From positions 17,546,001-17,610,000 of the forward strand of contig OZ059895.1 in NCBI GenBank assembly GCA_964057225.1: a stretch of 64,000 nucleotides of DNA. The letters run 5' to 3'. The stretch is from Auanema rhodensis (lineage: Eukaryota > Animalia > Nematoda). Positions 1 through 13,000 of this stretch are shown in pieces. The notes below the pieces were generated by a model. That model worked only from the letters and a program-made list of their open reading frames with translations, was not told where the DNA came from and ran no database searches. How positions within the stretch are numbered: position 1 is the stretch's first letter; every line of letters starts with the position of its first letter. A program made the position numbers and the translations under genes.

Positions 1-3000
1 TTCATGTTCAGCCACTTTTTACAGATTCATTCACGTAGTTATCACTGAGCTTTAGGTAGTACAGGAAAGCATACCTTTTATTCTTCAATTTTCATTGATA
101 AAAGATTATTTTTCATCATTCAAGCCATCTCTATCTGAACTCTCATTGACATTTGGATAGACCATAAAAGTTCAAATTCAATTATGATTTGATTATCAAT
201 AGCAAAGTTAATGATATTGCTCTTTGCTATCTTCACCCAGTCATCAGAATAACATACTAGCATGCTCTCTCTATCTCAGTATATTTCTTCAGAAACGTGT
301 GAATTTCCAATGTGTCTGAGTGCTAGCTTCGATGATGATATTGTCTGTGCCATTTGTCAGTCAACTACAAATTAAAGGAGTGACTCTAAGCTTTTTCAAC
401 GTCAACTATTTCATTCCCCCTCTCTTTCTCTCTCTCTCTCTTTCTCTCTCTATATCTATCTGTCTATCTATCTATTTTATTCTCTATTTCTTTTTATCAA
501 GCTCTTAAAGACTCTTTCCATGTAAAAGATTTCCACTGTTCTTCGTTAACCAAGCTAGTAACAGCTTATTACTACTGAATTATTTGATTGGTACAAGAAG
601 ACACTTATCATCGTTTGTAGTAGCGTGATGATATAGTGCACCAGAAAGTGATCACTTCGTAGCTTACAGGAAGGTATTAACATTAGGAAACGATAAGGAT
701 ATTGGGATATATGAACACAGCTGAAAAGAGCAAAAGAGTGATCCCTTCCATCTTGAGATCTTTCTCCCTTTTTCTTCCTCTCTCTCGTTCTCATGAAATT
801 TATACAAGATTTAAAGTCCGGATATGCCCCAAAAGGCTCTCATTCATTTGCAACTCTCGAGCGAGTTAGCAGAACAAGTATCGACAGCTAGTGTCCAAGA
901 ACTAGCATTGCTAGCTATGTCTTATGCGGATTGCAACATCATCCTTCTTCTTATTCCTTATGAAGCATCCAGTTAACACCAGATAGATAAATAGAGTTAA
1001 AGATCAAATACAGAGAGCAAAGAGGAAAACATGAAAAAGAAAGAGATTAAGATTAAGAGCTGAAGATGACCCAAGTTTGTGTACAACGAAATGCTTAGAG
1101 AATCAGAGAAATAAGCAAGTTTATGGTAGTGAAGATAAAAGGCTATACAAAATCTATACATACTACATCATCCTTCTCATCATCGACATCATGATCAATA
1201 TCAACTAAATCATTATGAGCTATAGTACGTTACATCCTTCTGACGTTTAGTCGGCATCCGGCATGAGTCTGCTGATTTAAATGCAAGCAACAGGTCTTTC
1301 GGATTGATAGGCGACCATAATGAAGCATGAAACAAAGGAAACATCCCTCATGACTCTAAGCACTCAGTTGATCTTTCTCTTCCTCTCTCTTTCTCTGTAT
1401 ATGTCTTCTAAATCAGAGTATTGCCCAGGAGACAGCATAATCATTATCCTCATCAGCAGCAGCTACAACGCCATCATCAGTGGTAACATTATAGTACAGA
1501 CGAGACAAACATTCCAAGCAAAAAAATTTTCTTTTTCAAGTTGCCTGATGAATGGATGAATTCATTCGTCGAATTACGATATAATAGATGAAAAGATGAC
1601 GAACAAATCTACAGCATTAGCCTCCTCAACCACACGCACGCACTCACTCCCATCTCCTCCCTCCCTTTTCCCATCCCGTTGCCTCCGTCACCATTCTAGC
1701 AGCACCATCATCGTCACTACCACCCACGCAACATGATCCCAAAATCTTCAAACAGCAAATAGAAAACGGGATAATAACAATGCTCGTCCCTATATTTTTT
1801 TCTGTCTCATCACAGGAGATTGGAGTGCGGAGGCAGTTACTTACATATATTCTTTAAGCTTAAGATGCAACCATCCATATGAGATCGTAGTCCCTCAATC
1901 TCCTCTCTTTCAATCCTTCCATCTCTTGCTCTCTCTTGGTTACTTTCAACTATCTCATATGTCCAGACATTGAAGGAAGCAGGATATGTATGCTAAGCAC
2001 GACGGCAATGAAATTCTGATTCAAAATAACCGCCCCCGTGCCTCTTGACAGTGCACGAATGCGCAAGCAGTTAGTAGATCGTATTTCAGGTTCATGAGTT
2101 TTTGGAATACAAAAAAAACTGAAGAAAAGAAAAGTAGTCATGACTGTCAAGAGGTTTCCTAATTCTTTTAGTTTTCTATTCATCTCTATACACCTACAAC
2201 ATATTGTTTTCAGTCTCTGTTGTCTTCAGATAAAAGTATTCTAAATAAATTGGAAAAATCTTAGAAAAAAGACGTTGAAAGCTACAGAGAGGGGGCGATG
2301 AACACGGAACAAGGGACGATAATCACACGAAGTCTGAAGGAATAACATGCTTTATGGCATATTGGGCATACTATTAAAGTTGACGTGAAGTTCTTCGTCG
2401 TATCTACCTTCTGCTTCTTTACCTCATCCTTCCATTCTCTTCAATTTTCTATATGGCTTATGAGAGACTACATCAAAGAAAATTCATATATTATCCAGCT
2501 TTTATGCATTCTCACGATGCTTTCAGCGCCTAACATCTCTGCCATTTGTCATATCTCCTAGATTCTTTGTTCCTTTTTTTCATTAACTACTTTTCTGCAG
2601 AATTGCAATCTCTCATTCAATACACCATTCTCTCTCTCTTTCTCTCTCTTTCTCTCTCCCTCCCTCTCTCTCCCTTCTATCTATTCTCTCCATTTATTTC
2701 TCTGATTCTCTCTTTTTATATCTCTATCATTTCCCTTTTTCCTCTTTCCCTTGCTTTGAATTTGGCTTTATCTTGGTGATTAAGCCAATCCCGTTAAAAA
2801 ATTCTCTACTCCTTACAGCGTCTGCTGCGAAATGGAGTTGACAAGACCACCATCTCAGATAGCGAAAATTGTCTGCTCACTAGACTCTTTCCTTCTTTTT
2901 CTTGATGATATAGATGTTTGGAAGAGATGGATATATAACAAGATATAGAAGCCTAATATGATGATCATCACGAGGATGATGACGATGTGATGATGATGAA

Positions 3001-4838
3001 CATAACAATTCAACCATGTGTTCCTGTCTCTTTCTCTATTTCTCTCTCTACCCCTTTGCCATCACCCTTCTCTTTCTAACTTGCCTTCCTTCTTCCTTTT
3101 ATTCCCTTATATTCAAAATGAAAATACTAGAGCTTTATATGCATTTTCTAGCCAGACGGGTACTCTAGACTCACTCTACTCCCTCTATCTCCATCGTTTC
3201 CCCACACACACACTACATACGTTCATTGTATACAGATATCGAACAGCCAGGAACAAAACACTATATATGAACACAGATCTTCTTATTGGCCAGTTTTGTG
3301 AGCCAATCTACTCTGTCCCCATCTCTCTGTCTTTCTTCTTCTTCTGGATATTTTATTTCTCTGCGACTTGTCCAAGTTCATTCTTCTCTTATCCACTGTC
3401 CCTCTCTACTTCTCACTCTCTACTACTCAAGCGGCTTCTTTAAAAAGGCATCAAAAGAAAATATATACGAATAGATTCATAGTTATAAAGAGAATAACAA
3501 TGAAAAAGGAAAAGCAAATATAGACCGAAGATGATGAAGAAGAAGCAATGTATACTTATGTATGTATATATATTCATATAATTTATTTTTACATCATATA
3601 GTTATAATAATCTATCTTATTTTCTCTGTTTTCAACAAAATCTACGGCTTGTCTTCTTGAAAAATCATACTAATCATGTCATGTTCTGCCTCTCATCCTC
3701 TATCTATGAGTGACAAACTGCTACTGCTTCTACTACTTTAAGCACAACGCTGACAACCACGACCCTAGAAGACACTTAAAGACACGGATCCTCAATCTGA
3801 TGATGCTCTTCTTTCCCTTGAATCCACCAAACTACCCCATCCTTTTCGCGTACCCCAGGTCTCTTCTATGTTCTATGTCATTGCACCCTGAGAATTTTTT
3901 TTCAAATTTCTTTCTTAACATATCTTCCGATTCTACGTCCCTCTTATCTACCTCGTATGCTTACGCATACTCTTATCCTCTTTTCAGCTGGTACGCTCTC
4001 TCGTTCTGAATGGTGTAGTTCTAATCTCTTCATTCTCTCCTCTTCTCGATTTCTCTCATTCTCCCAATCTGCTAGATCTCACTATTCCTATCTTCGTGTG
4101 CAGCTGCCAAGTTATGCCAGAGGGCTAGATGCAGAGACCTCAAAATCCGAAAGCGGGCCAGCAGTCACGGCAAATCAGCAGAAAGAGAAATAAATGATAA
4201 ATTAACACACATACATACTACGTTGAAATACTCACACGGTCCCCTTGTGCTTTCTCTTTAATTCATTTGTAGTTATCCAATTCACAAGTAAAAGGAAAGG
4301 AACTAGAACGAATTGAAGAAAAAACTGAGAACGCGTGGATATGGTGAGAGAAGTGTGATCTAGCAGCCTATTAGTACAAAGAAGAGAAGAAGAGGAACCG
4401 AGAGATAGAGAGAGAGAGAGATAGAGAATACGTATACAAAGAGAGAGAGAGAGAGAGAGAGCAAGAAAAAGAGAAATATGAAAAGAATAAGGAAAGACAA
4501 GGAGAAAATTCAAAAGAGTCTCAATCATGACTTTCGGCATGAACTTTCAAAAATACATAAGTAGATGAGGGAAATCTATTCATATGTATTATGATACATT
4601 ATACTCTATATGTATTTGACTAATGAAAATCTATCTGACGAAAGGAGTTCCCTGGGGGGAAGTTGGACGAGAAATGCTTATGCAGTCGCTGTATAAACAT
4701 TTTACCAATGAAAGAGACGAAAAAAGAACAAGGAAGAGCCTATATATGTATGTATATACATGTATATAAGAGAAAGAAGAAAAAGAGATAGATATTCCAT
4801 GTAAAAGAGCTCGAGAGAACGAGGGAAAGAGGAATAAG

Positions 4839-4843
<5 letters not shown>

Positions 4844-4916
<73 letters not shown>
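4844..4916. repeat. (GA)n microsatellite
   Basis: Uninterrupted GA run of about 73 nt; source of the SLSLSL ORFs in the track. Confidence 0.97.
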
Positions 4917-4920
<4 letters not shown>

Positions 4921-6892
4921 AATAGAAAGGGAAAAGGTGCAGAACATAACGAAATTCGACCATCATTACATATTGTGTGCATCAGGCGCTCAGCGTCAAA
5001 ATCAGCCTCAAAGCATGGATCAGTCAAGATTATTCAAGGAAATGCATAAATCCCTTTGAGAATAGTGAGCATAACCTAGACCAAAACAGTATTCTTTCCA
5101 TGTCCATCAAATCCCCTCGTTCTTCCTGTTTTTTGTTCGGATTTTCTCGTGTTTCTCCATTCTCGTTACAGTTCTTTCAGGGAAAAAAAGGAAGAGGAAC
5201 ATGAGAAGGCGGAGGAGGATTGATGACAGTTAGTTATTGTTAACTCCATCCCGAAACATCGACTAAGATAGAATAATACTAAATTTTATTGTAATAAGCT
5301 TTTCCAAGGCTTGCCCTCGTTGCCTCTATTTTCATTTCGAAATCGTCAGCAGACAAGTTGGGAAGGTCCTGCATATTTTCTGATTGTCTGACACTCCGAC
5401 CGTGTCTTCCTCTTTATTATCGTTTTGCCCCTTTCAGTCTGTCTTCCCCCTATAGTGTCCTTCGTTTGGTCTTATATTCTATCTGTCTAGCTATCTAGCA
5501 TCATACAAATCAAACCCTAATTGCCAGCTATTCCCTTCTTCGATCCCTCCTTCTTCTCGCCCTCTCCACACCCTTTCCTCTTCATCATTACATAAAACGA
5601 CGAGAAGGCATTATATGGCCGGAAACTAAACAATATATACATGATAGAAAATTCGTCTCGGATGACAATCAACAATTCTAAACACAAAACACAATGAATG
5701 TAACATTGGGTATGAAGCACGGCAAGAATAGCGTCAAGCTTGTTCAAGCAGAAGGCGTTTCAATCAATCATTGCAATCTTTTAACTAGTTGAATCTTAAA
5801 CACTTCATGAGCCACTGGCGGACAACATCGAACGATAAAGCACAAGTTAGTGCCAACGACGACACAATGTCGCCATTCATGATGCCATCAGATACACACA
5901 CACACACAATAACAATGATGTCTGACGAGAAAGAAAGAGTTACTTAATGAGAAGATGGAGCTGAATGAGATAAAGGTTACACAATTGACCGCATAGCGTC
6001 TCCATTTCAATGAATTCTCGATGTCCAGCAATGTCGTGTGCCAGACATCATTACATGCTCTTCCTGATTTAAGAAAAAAACCGGAATACGAATGAAGAAT
6101 GAAAAAAATGAAAATTCAATTGAATATTAAATGGACCAATTTTCTTTTGAAAAAAAAGAAATACTCAGCTTTCCTGCTATGCTCAATCTTTTTATATCCT
6201 TCTTTGATCCCCTCAAACCCTTCTCCCAACCCATCGTTTGCTTCCTAACGAAGCGGAGTTAAGAACCGTATATACTATTCAGAAGATTGATAAATGTTCA
6301 AAATACAATCATAAGCATTTACAATGAATCACTCATGCTTTCGTACATTGCCTTTCCCATTTTTGAAATACTTTGCCCCTTGCACATCTCTTCTTCTCCC
6401 TAATTCCCTCTCTCCCAATCGAATGAAAATTTGTCGTCACATCTCTGTATTCTTCTCACTTCTTTTCCATTTTCGTCCTCTGCTTCAAAGCTGTATCACG
6501 GTCATCTGATGACTCTGACAAACAAACAAGTCAACAAGTCAATTCAACTACTATACTATCTTGATTCGCAGTTATTTTTTCTCTGATTACCATTAGCTTA
6601 ATGCTCAATCACGTATGGAACGTATAAGGCTTTAAATCAACAATAGTATTCATATATGATTCTCAGTATATGAATTGTAGGACTAGTTACAGAAAACTAG
6701 GAAGATCAGTTGTTGTGGCACAAATTTGAGAAAGATTATCCAAAAAAAACACAAAAATAAATCGTTTAGAAATGGAAAAGAATGAAAAATAATAAGAGAG
6801 AATAAGTAATAAAAGAAAATTAAAAAAGTGAATGTAAAGCAAAAAAAAAACAAAAAAAAATAAAAAGGAAAATAAAAGTAAAATTAACTCAC

Positions 6893-7065
6893 TTAGCTAT
6901 TGTAGTAATATCATTCAACTTGTTATCCAAAATTATTAACAGTGGCTTAGCTTGTTGAACAGAGGTTAAAGCTGAGGTACTTGTAGCGACAATAATATTC
7001 CATCCAGTACTTTTTAAACGGTCCAGAAATATTCCGTCATCCCCGCTCTCCGTGACCAAGACCGC
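6893..7065 (-). CDS. Isolated internal coding exon, receiver (REC)-like alpha/beta domain, possibly a PDE8/pde-6-type phosphodiesterase continuing leftwards
   Basis: 173-nt open exon between acceptor ttaattacAG and donor GTgagt, reading AVLVTESGDDGIFLDRLKSTGWNIIVATSTSALTSVQQAKPLLIILDNKLNDITTIA. Pattern resembles REC beta1-alpha1-beta2-alpha2-beta3 (P.LIILD). PDE8 assignment is inference; flanking exons not found. Confidence 0.5.
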
Positions 7066-8002
7066 CTGTAATTAAGGTTTTTAAAAACGACTAACTCATG
7101 ATTATAATCATGAACTATTGATTCTAAATAATATTTTCTTAGATTTTGCTTATGCGATTGTCTATTCTGAATCTTATTTTATTAGTTTAATCTTTGTTTA
7201 TAATGACAGTCTCGTATACTTCCTTGCCATCCTCTGCTACTTCCCTACATGTTTTGACTGCAGTGGCTGATGTTAGTATTCGCTCTCTCCCTCTCTCTCT
7301 CCTTTTCTTTATATCCCACACCCTCTAGAGCTCAGAACTAGCAGCTGAGACCTCAAGGATGAAGCCAAAAGCTGTATACGTAGTAGCGATGCTGAAAATC
7401 ACATTGCCACAAGCTTAGAACATTCAACTACGATGGTTTAGGCCCATCTTCGCAGTTGTCCTCAGAGAGTAGGATGAAAATGCAGAAAAAAACAGAGGAG
7501 GCTGAGAAAAGGAAGAGGCGAGAACAGAAAGAGAATGCATGTGAGGGAGAGTTTGAGAGAGACAGAGCTCCGTTACGTCATGCAAAACTATCATCCTCAT
7601 CGGCATTCACATTCACTACCTACACCATCAGCATCATCATCATCGTCATCATCATCATCACACTGACAGCAGTAGTTGTTGTAGCCGCAGTACCATCATC
7701 ATCACTCTCATCATCACCAGCACCAACACACACAGACACATATATACACACATGTGTTTTTCATTGATGAGGTTAGAAAGAGAAGAGAAGAACAACAAGA
7801 GGATGAACAGAATAAAAAGAAAAACGAGTAAACTATTGGGAGAGAAAAGAGAGAAAGTGAGAGAAAATCGACAGCGATCACGAGCAAGCCAGATGAGCTA
7901 AAGCTATAACCGATGTTACTCAAGTTCCTAATGACATATATAGCTATAAAGCCGAAAAACGCCTGAACGAACAAAAACATTGTTTCCTAGTGAAATAGAT
8001 AA

Positions 8003-8004
<2 letters not shown>

Positions 8005-8055
<51 letters not shown>
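8005..8055. repeat. (GA)n microsatellite
   Basis: Perfect AG repeat of about 51 nt. Confidence 0.97.
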
Positions 8056-8060
<5 letters not shown>

Positions 8061-10265
8061 AGTTATGTTTTCGGATCTGCTCTTTTCTATGCTTTCTGGT
8101 GAGTCCCTCTATGGATTCTCCTAAAAATTTCTATCGTTTTTTCCATTCCCTTCATTCTAGGCTACTTCTCCTCATTACCATCAGAATCACCAACTCGGTT
8201 AGTTGTAGCACCATCACTCCTCTCCTCTTCATCATCATCATCATTATCATCATTCACACAAATAACTATTGGTGATGCTTCTTTGTATTATTGCAGCACA
8301 CACGATGATGACTACGACACCAGAGTCCTGTTTAGCTATTTATACGCTCAAGCCATCCAAGCAGATGTAGTGTATGACCATAGCTGCAGTGGTCGTATTT
8401 CGTTGTCGTTGTTGCTGTGATCATCGCCGGCTTTGGTGATGATATGGTGCTATAGTAGCTGCAGGAGAAGCAGCAGCAACAAACGAAGCAGTAGCAATAG
8501 CATTAGTACTACCAGTAACATAAGTAATAGTAGTAGTTATGGCCAGCTATAGATATTCTACATTGAATTAAGAATAACTACATATTTCGTATATGAATTT
8601 TTCTTTTTTTATCTTCATATCTATATCGTATACGAACAGAATGCATACATTCCGTTATAAAATATACAATTTTCATTTTAAAAGTCGAAACAATTGACTG
8701 TCTGTCTATATAGACATAGAATGATAAGAAACATACAACAGACTCATGCTCTCACACCCACATACACGCATACACGTACACAGTTTCTTACTCCCCATCT
8801 TTTCCCTGTTCCCACATACTCACTGGATATGAAGACACACGGTTACACCTTTATGTGCTTTTATTGGTTTAATGCATGATATGTTGAAAAGAACTACTAC
8901 TTTTACATGATAATTACGCTGTGGGTGTACTTCAACGCCTCAAGCATCTTGAAGAAGTTTTGAGGAGAAGTGGAAAGAAGAGAAGAATATGAGAAGATAC
9001 ATAGATTATCAGATATTTTTCTCATACACATCGTCATCACCATCCACTATACAGCATTTTCGTGCTGTTTCTACTATTCTCACGACGTCATTGACTCTTT
9101 TATCTGGGAGAAGGCGTCATTGTATCGTTCACGTTCAATTTTTCTCAGGATTATGTAAACTTTTCGGTTTCGTCTTCGTATTTTTGAAGTAACTAAGATA
9201 AAGAAAGAACATTTGTAAACGAGAGGTGCCAAAAAAGGAATACGTGTATGTATATATGTATATGTGAACGAACATTTTATTCATATTCGTTCGCCGTGTC
9301 ATCGTCATAGTGCGTGGTGTTGTCGTCAGATCAGATGTCGAATGACATGAGCGACGAGGATGACCACATGAATCTATGAGCAAGCTCGAGATATTGCGTT
9401 GTATAGCCTCCTCTGCGATGCAATACGGAGAACCACCAGCAAGCAACAGCAGCATTAGCAGCAGCGGCAGCAGCAACAGCAGCTAGCAGTAGCATAGGGA
9501 CAGCAGAAAGAGAGCGAATATGTAGACCATATATGAACATGTCACTATACATAGCTGCATACACAAACATGGCTTCGTAGTGAACAACAACGAAAAACGC
9601 AAGTGCACCGGGAGAATCAATTGCGGAAGAAATTTCAAAAGGGAAAAGACTTATGATGATGACGACCGTGATGATGATATTGAAGAAAAATTTAAAAAAG
9701 CTGACGAGGAAGAAGTAGAAGTAGACAACAAAAGATGAAAAAACGGCGGAAAAGACAACGACACTGATGACAACGATGAATCTTTTGGAAGCAGATGTAG
9801 ACTTGGCCTTACTAGAGATGGAATACGTCAACGATGGAGACGTGATGGTGGCAGCAGATGCAATAGCTGCTACAACCACAACGACATCGAGGACGGAATC
9901 AACGTCCAAACCGACATCCCTTTTCATCACCAGGCCTTCAACGCACTGAGAGAGACCACAACCATACGTACAATCAACGGAGAGACGACAGAAAAGAGAA
10001 GGAAAACAGTATTAATACGTATAAATCAAGCTTGTGTATAGACAAATCGCATTCAGACAATCAAGAAAGAACATGATTATTCAGTAGACTGACCGTTTTT
10101 TGGAGTCGAATATGCATCGGTCCGTAGTGATCTATCGGATCAGGAGTCTCCAGGAGCGGGGTGGCGGGCCCCGCCGCTCCACAGCACCACCGCATTCCGA
10201 CTATCGATTCAGCTAGCTGTCTGTCGACGCTCTCTCGCTTTGCTCTCGTTTCTCTGTGCTCTACA

Positions 10266-12578
10266 ATGTGTGTACGCTGTCTCGCCGGCTGTCGGCTACT
10301 CCTCTTCGTCCTGTTGTCATTACTACTATTCCCGGTACTTCTGCCTCCGGTTTCCGGAACCAGGTTTCAGGTCCGAGTATGGCAACCAAATATTGATACG
10401 TCAAAAATAACGGAACCTTTCCGGTTTTGGGAACTTGTAGAGTGGAGAAGGTTACCTTCAGACGCCACCGAGGTCATCGACACAACTACCGTGCCGTCTA
10501 CTACAGCGGCGACAACAACGACGACTACAACCACAGAAGCACCCAGTACTACCAGCAGTACTACTACAACCACAACTACAACCACCACTTCTACGACGAC
10601 GTCTACAACAACTACTACTACTACGATCCCCACAACTACTCCTACTACTACAACAACAACTGCAGAACCCATCACCGTGAGCTGGGAACTGCCACCAACT
10701 CAGCCAGCATGTGAAGCTTCAGACCCACAGGTAACTTTTTGATCAGACTGATACTAAGCTGACTATCAAAGTGTTCATCACTAGCTTGGAGAGAGCAATG
10801 ATCAGCTATTGATTTCAGATTTTGATTAAACGCATGAAAGATTCTGGAATTTATAATGAAATATATATGGCCCCAGATTTCTATTCAGCGAGCCGTAATT
10901 TTCCGAATCTGGGTGGAAGACAATTCATGAGGCCGAAACCGCGTTACACGTGTGATGATCATTGCCAGCGGTAATTGCTTTTTTCATTTAATTTCATCAG
11001 AATCGCTTTCTCTAAGCAGTTATAACAGCTTACGCTTAAGCCTACAAAATGATCTGAGAGCGTTTTAATGAATAGGGAACATAGAGATTTAGATAACAAA
11101 GCATAAAAAACAGCGAACAACGTAATTCTATTGATTCAGATCTTCCAAGTTGGTGCGCTTGGTGATGAACGGAGAAGAAGCGAACGAAATGCCTGAAGAT
11201 CCACCACGCACGTGGTGGGATCCAAGTAAATGGGAAAACAGTCAACGGCTAAAAAGGTGCTAAACATACAATTCAGAAAAAAATAGTATAATTTATTCAA
11301 GAGATGTGGCCGAAACAAATGATCGAAAGAAGAAGAGAAAGCATCTGGAGAAAACTATTCAGAAAGCTTTGAAAGAGCTACAAGAAATGGATTCCCAAGA
11401 AACACCTGATGATCAGGATGATTCAAGAGATAAGTGAGTTGATTAAGGTTTTCAGCTTAATAAAGCATTATTAACGATTTAGTCCTGACTTCGACGATTT
11501 TTTCGCTGAGCAACCTACACATCTCAGACGCCACCCGCGTTCGCCATTAATGGAAGCTAACATGATAGAACGAAATTCTGGTCAGTCAAAGGATATACTA
11601 GGTATAATAACTGATTGTATTAAATGATTCGTTATCTACAACATCTTTCTAGGTACAACCATTGCTATTGACTGTCAGGAAAACAACCAGGGCTTTCAGA
11701 AATCAGGGTACGTGCATCTATTACAACAAAAAATATGATAATCTCGGAAAATATTAAATCAATCCGTTTATTTTCTGCGAGTAATGATGAAATTTGCGAT
11801 TGTTCGTTCTAGTTTACACGTGATTTATAAGGTATTGTTCGATTAACTCAAGAGCGAATGTCAATGTCGTTGCGACCTGTTTGGGCAATCATTCAAAAGA
11901 AACAAATAGACAACGTTTAGCTTTTTGAGAAAATTGACAGAAAGATCAGAAGTATCAAAAAAAAGGAAAAAATACGAAGTAAAAGGAAAGAACGAAGAGA
12001 AAGGCATAATGATAAAGAGAAAAAAGCATAGTCGGTTACAACCAAAAAAAATTGGTTACTAAATCTACACTCACAGGCAAAAGAAATGGGTTACCGTTAA
12101 GATTGCAAAAGAGTTGAATTTTGTAGTTTGCACAAATAATGTGGTCCTTCTTAATTCATTCGCCTATGACTGTAAATGATTTTTGTTTTGAAAAAAAAAG
12201 AAACGAGAAGTAAAACGAGTAAACCAAGCGAAAAAATAAACAAAAAATATTACAGTTATCATTTCTGTTCGACATGTAGAGCTATTCGACATCTTCCACG
12301 GAATTATTTTCCTAGAATCCTGAATGAGGTAATCTGTAGTCATACTACATGCGTGCGAGGCGACGGACGATGTGCTCAGAGATTCTTGCAGTTCAAGGTA
12401 CAGTATTTCAGCATTGATTTAATAGACTGACGACCTTCCTTTTCTTTATCAGGTTCTTCGAAATGAGGGAACAGAAGAATGTCCAAAATGGAATCTTATC
12501 TCTCTTGAACTGAGAACATGTTGTGATTGTGTTGTGCATCCCATGTCACCATTTGTGCGCTATTTGCAAGCAAATTGA
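10266..12578 (+). CDS. Secreted cystine-knot protein (noggin-like/Trunk/PTTH type) with signal peptide, Thr-rich mucin-like segment and furin site; about 8 exons
   Basis: ATG 10266, hydrophobic leader LLLFVLLSLLLFPVLLPPVSG, Thr tract, GT-AG exons that join in frame, RRHPRS basic site, C-terminus CSTCRAIRHLPRNYFPRILNEVICSHTTCVRGDGRCAQRFLQFK|VLRNEGTEECPKWNLISLELRTCCDCVVHPMSPFVRYLQAN, stop TGA 12576-12578. Confidence 0.8.
10484..10660 (+). repeat. Coding (ACN)n degenerate trinucleotide repeat, poly-Thr mucin-like tract
   Basis: Runs of ACT/ACA/ACG/ACC codons; gives the poly-Val antisense and Tyr/Asn alternative-frame ORFs. Confidence 0.9.
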
Positions 12579-13000
12579 TTTTATGGTCTAGGAACTAGAA
12601 AGTATTTCTTTGTGCATTTTTTGCGACATAAATTCACTTATAAAGCAGGTCATTTAATATCTGAGAAATAGTATCTTTAATGAAAAGCATAATCATTGCA
12701 ATAATCAATGTTCCCTTGTAATAAAGTTAATTTTTCTTAAACTTTTCCAATCGAGTTGTGAACCTCAAAATGAAACAAATGTCTGGAAGTGAGAGCATTG
12801 TTTGAACAGCGCTATCACATAGTAGAAATACCCCAACTTTAAAAACAGAACAAAAACGCTTTTTGATTTATTCCATGAACAGAAAAGCAGAAAAATAGTG
12901 AGATTCAATTTCATATAAAATATGTATAACACCTTTTAGGACAATAATATCCAATTTTCTATCACTTATTAATATAATATACAGCAAAAAAGTAGTATTA

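Noticed and set aside
320-5027. Many Leu/Ser/Phe-rich ORFs (SLSLSL)
   Set aside because: Translations of CT/GA microsatellites and pyrimidine tracts, with no splice or homology support.
9135-9949. Overlapping ORFs of up to 199 aa
   Set aside because: Low-complexity trinucleotide-rich DNA, mostly non-ATG starts, no recognisable domain.
10367-10714. Poly-Val antisense and Tyr/Asn-rich ORFs
   Set aside because: Shadow frames of the Thr repeat.
11036-11044. TAAGCCTA telomere-template-like octamer in an intron
   Set aside because: Only 8 nt, AT-rich context, no supporting structure; expected by chance.
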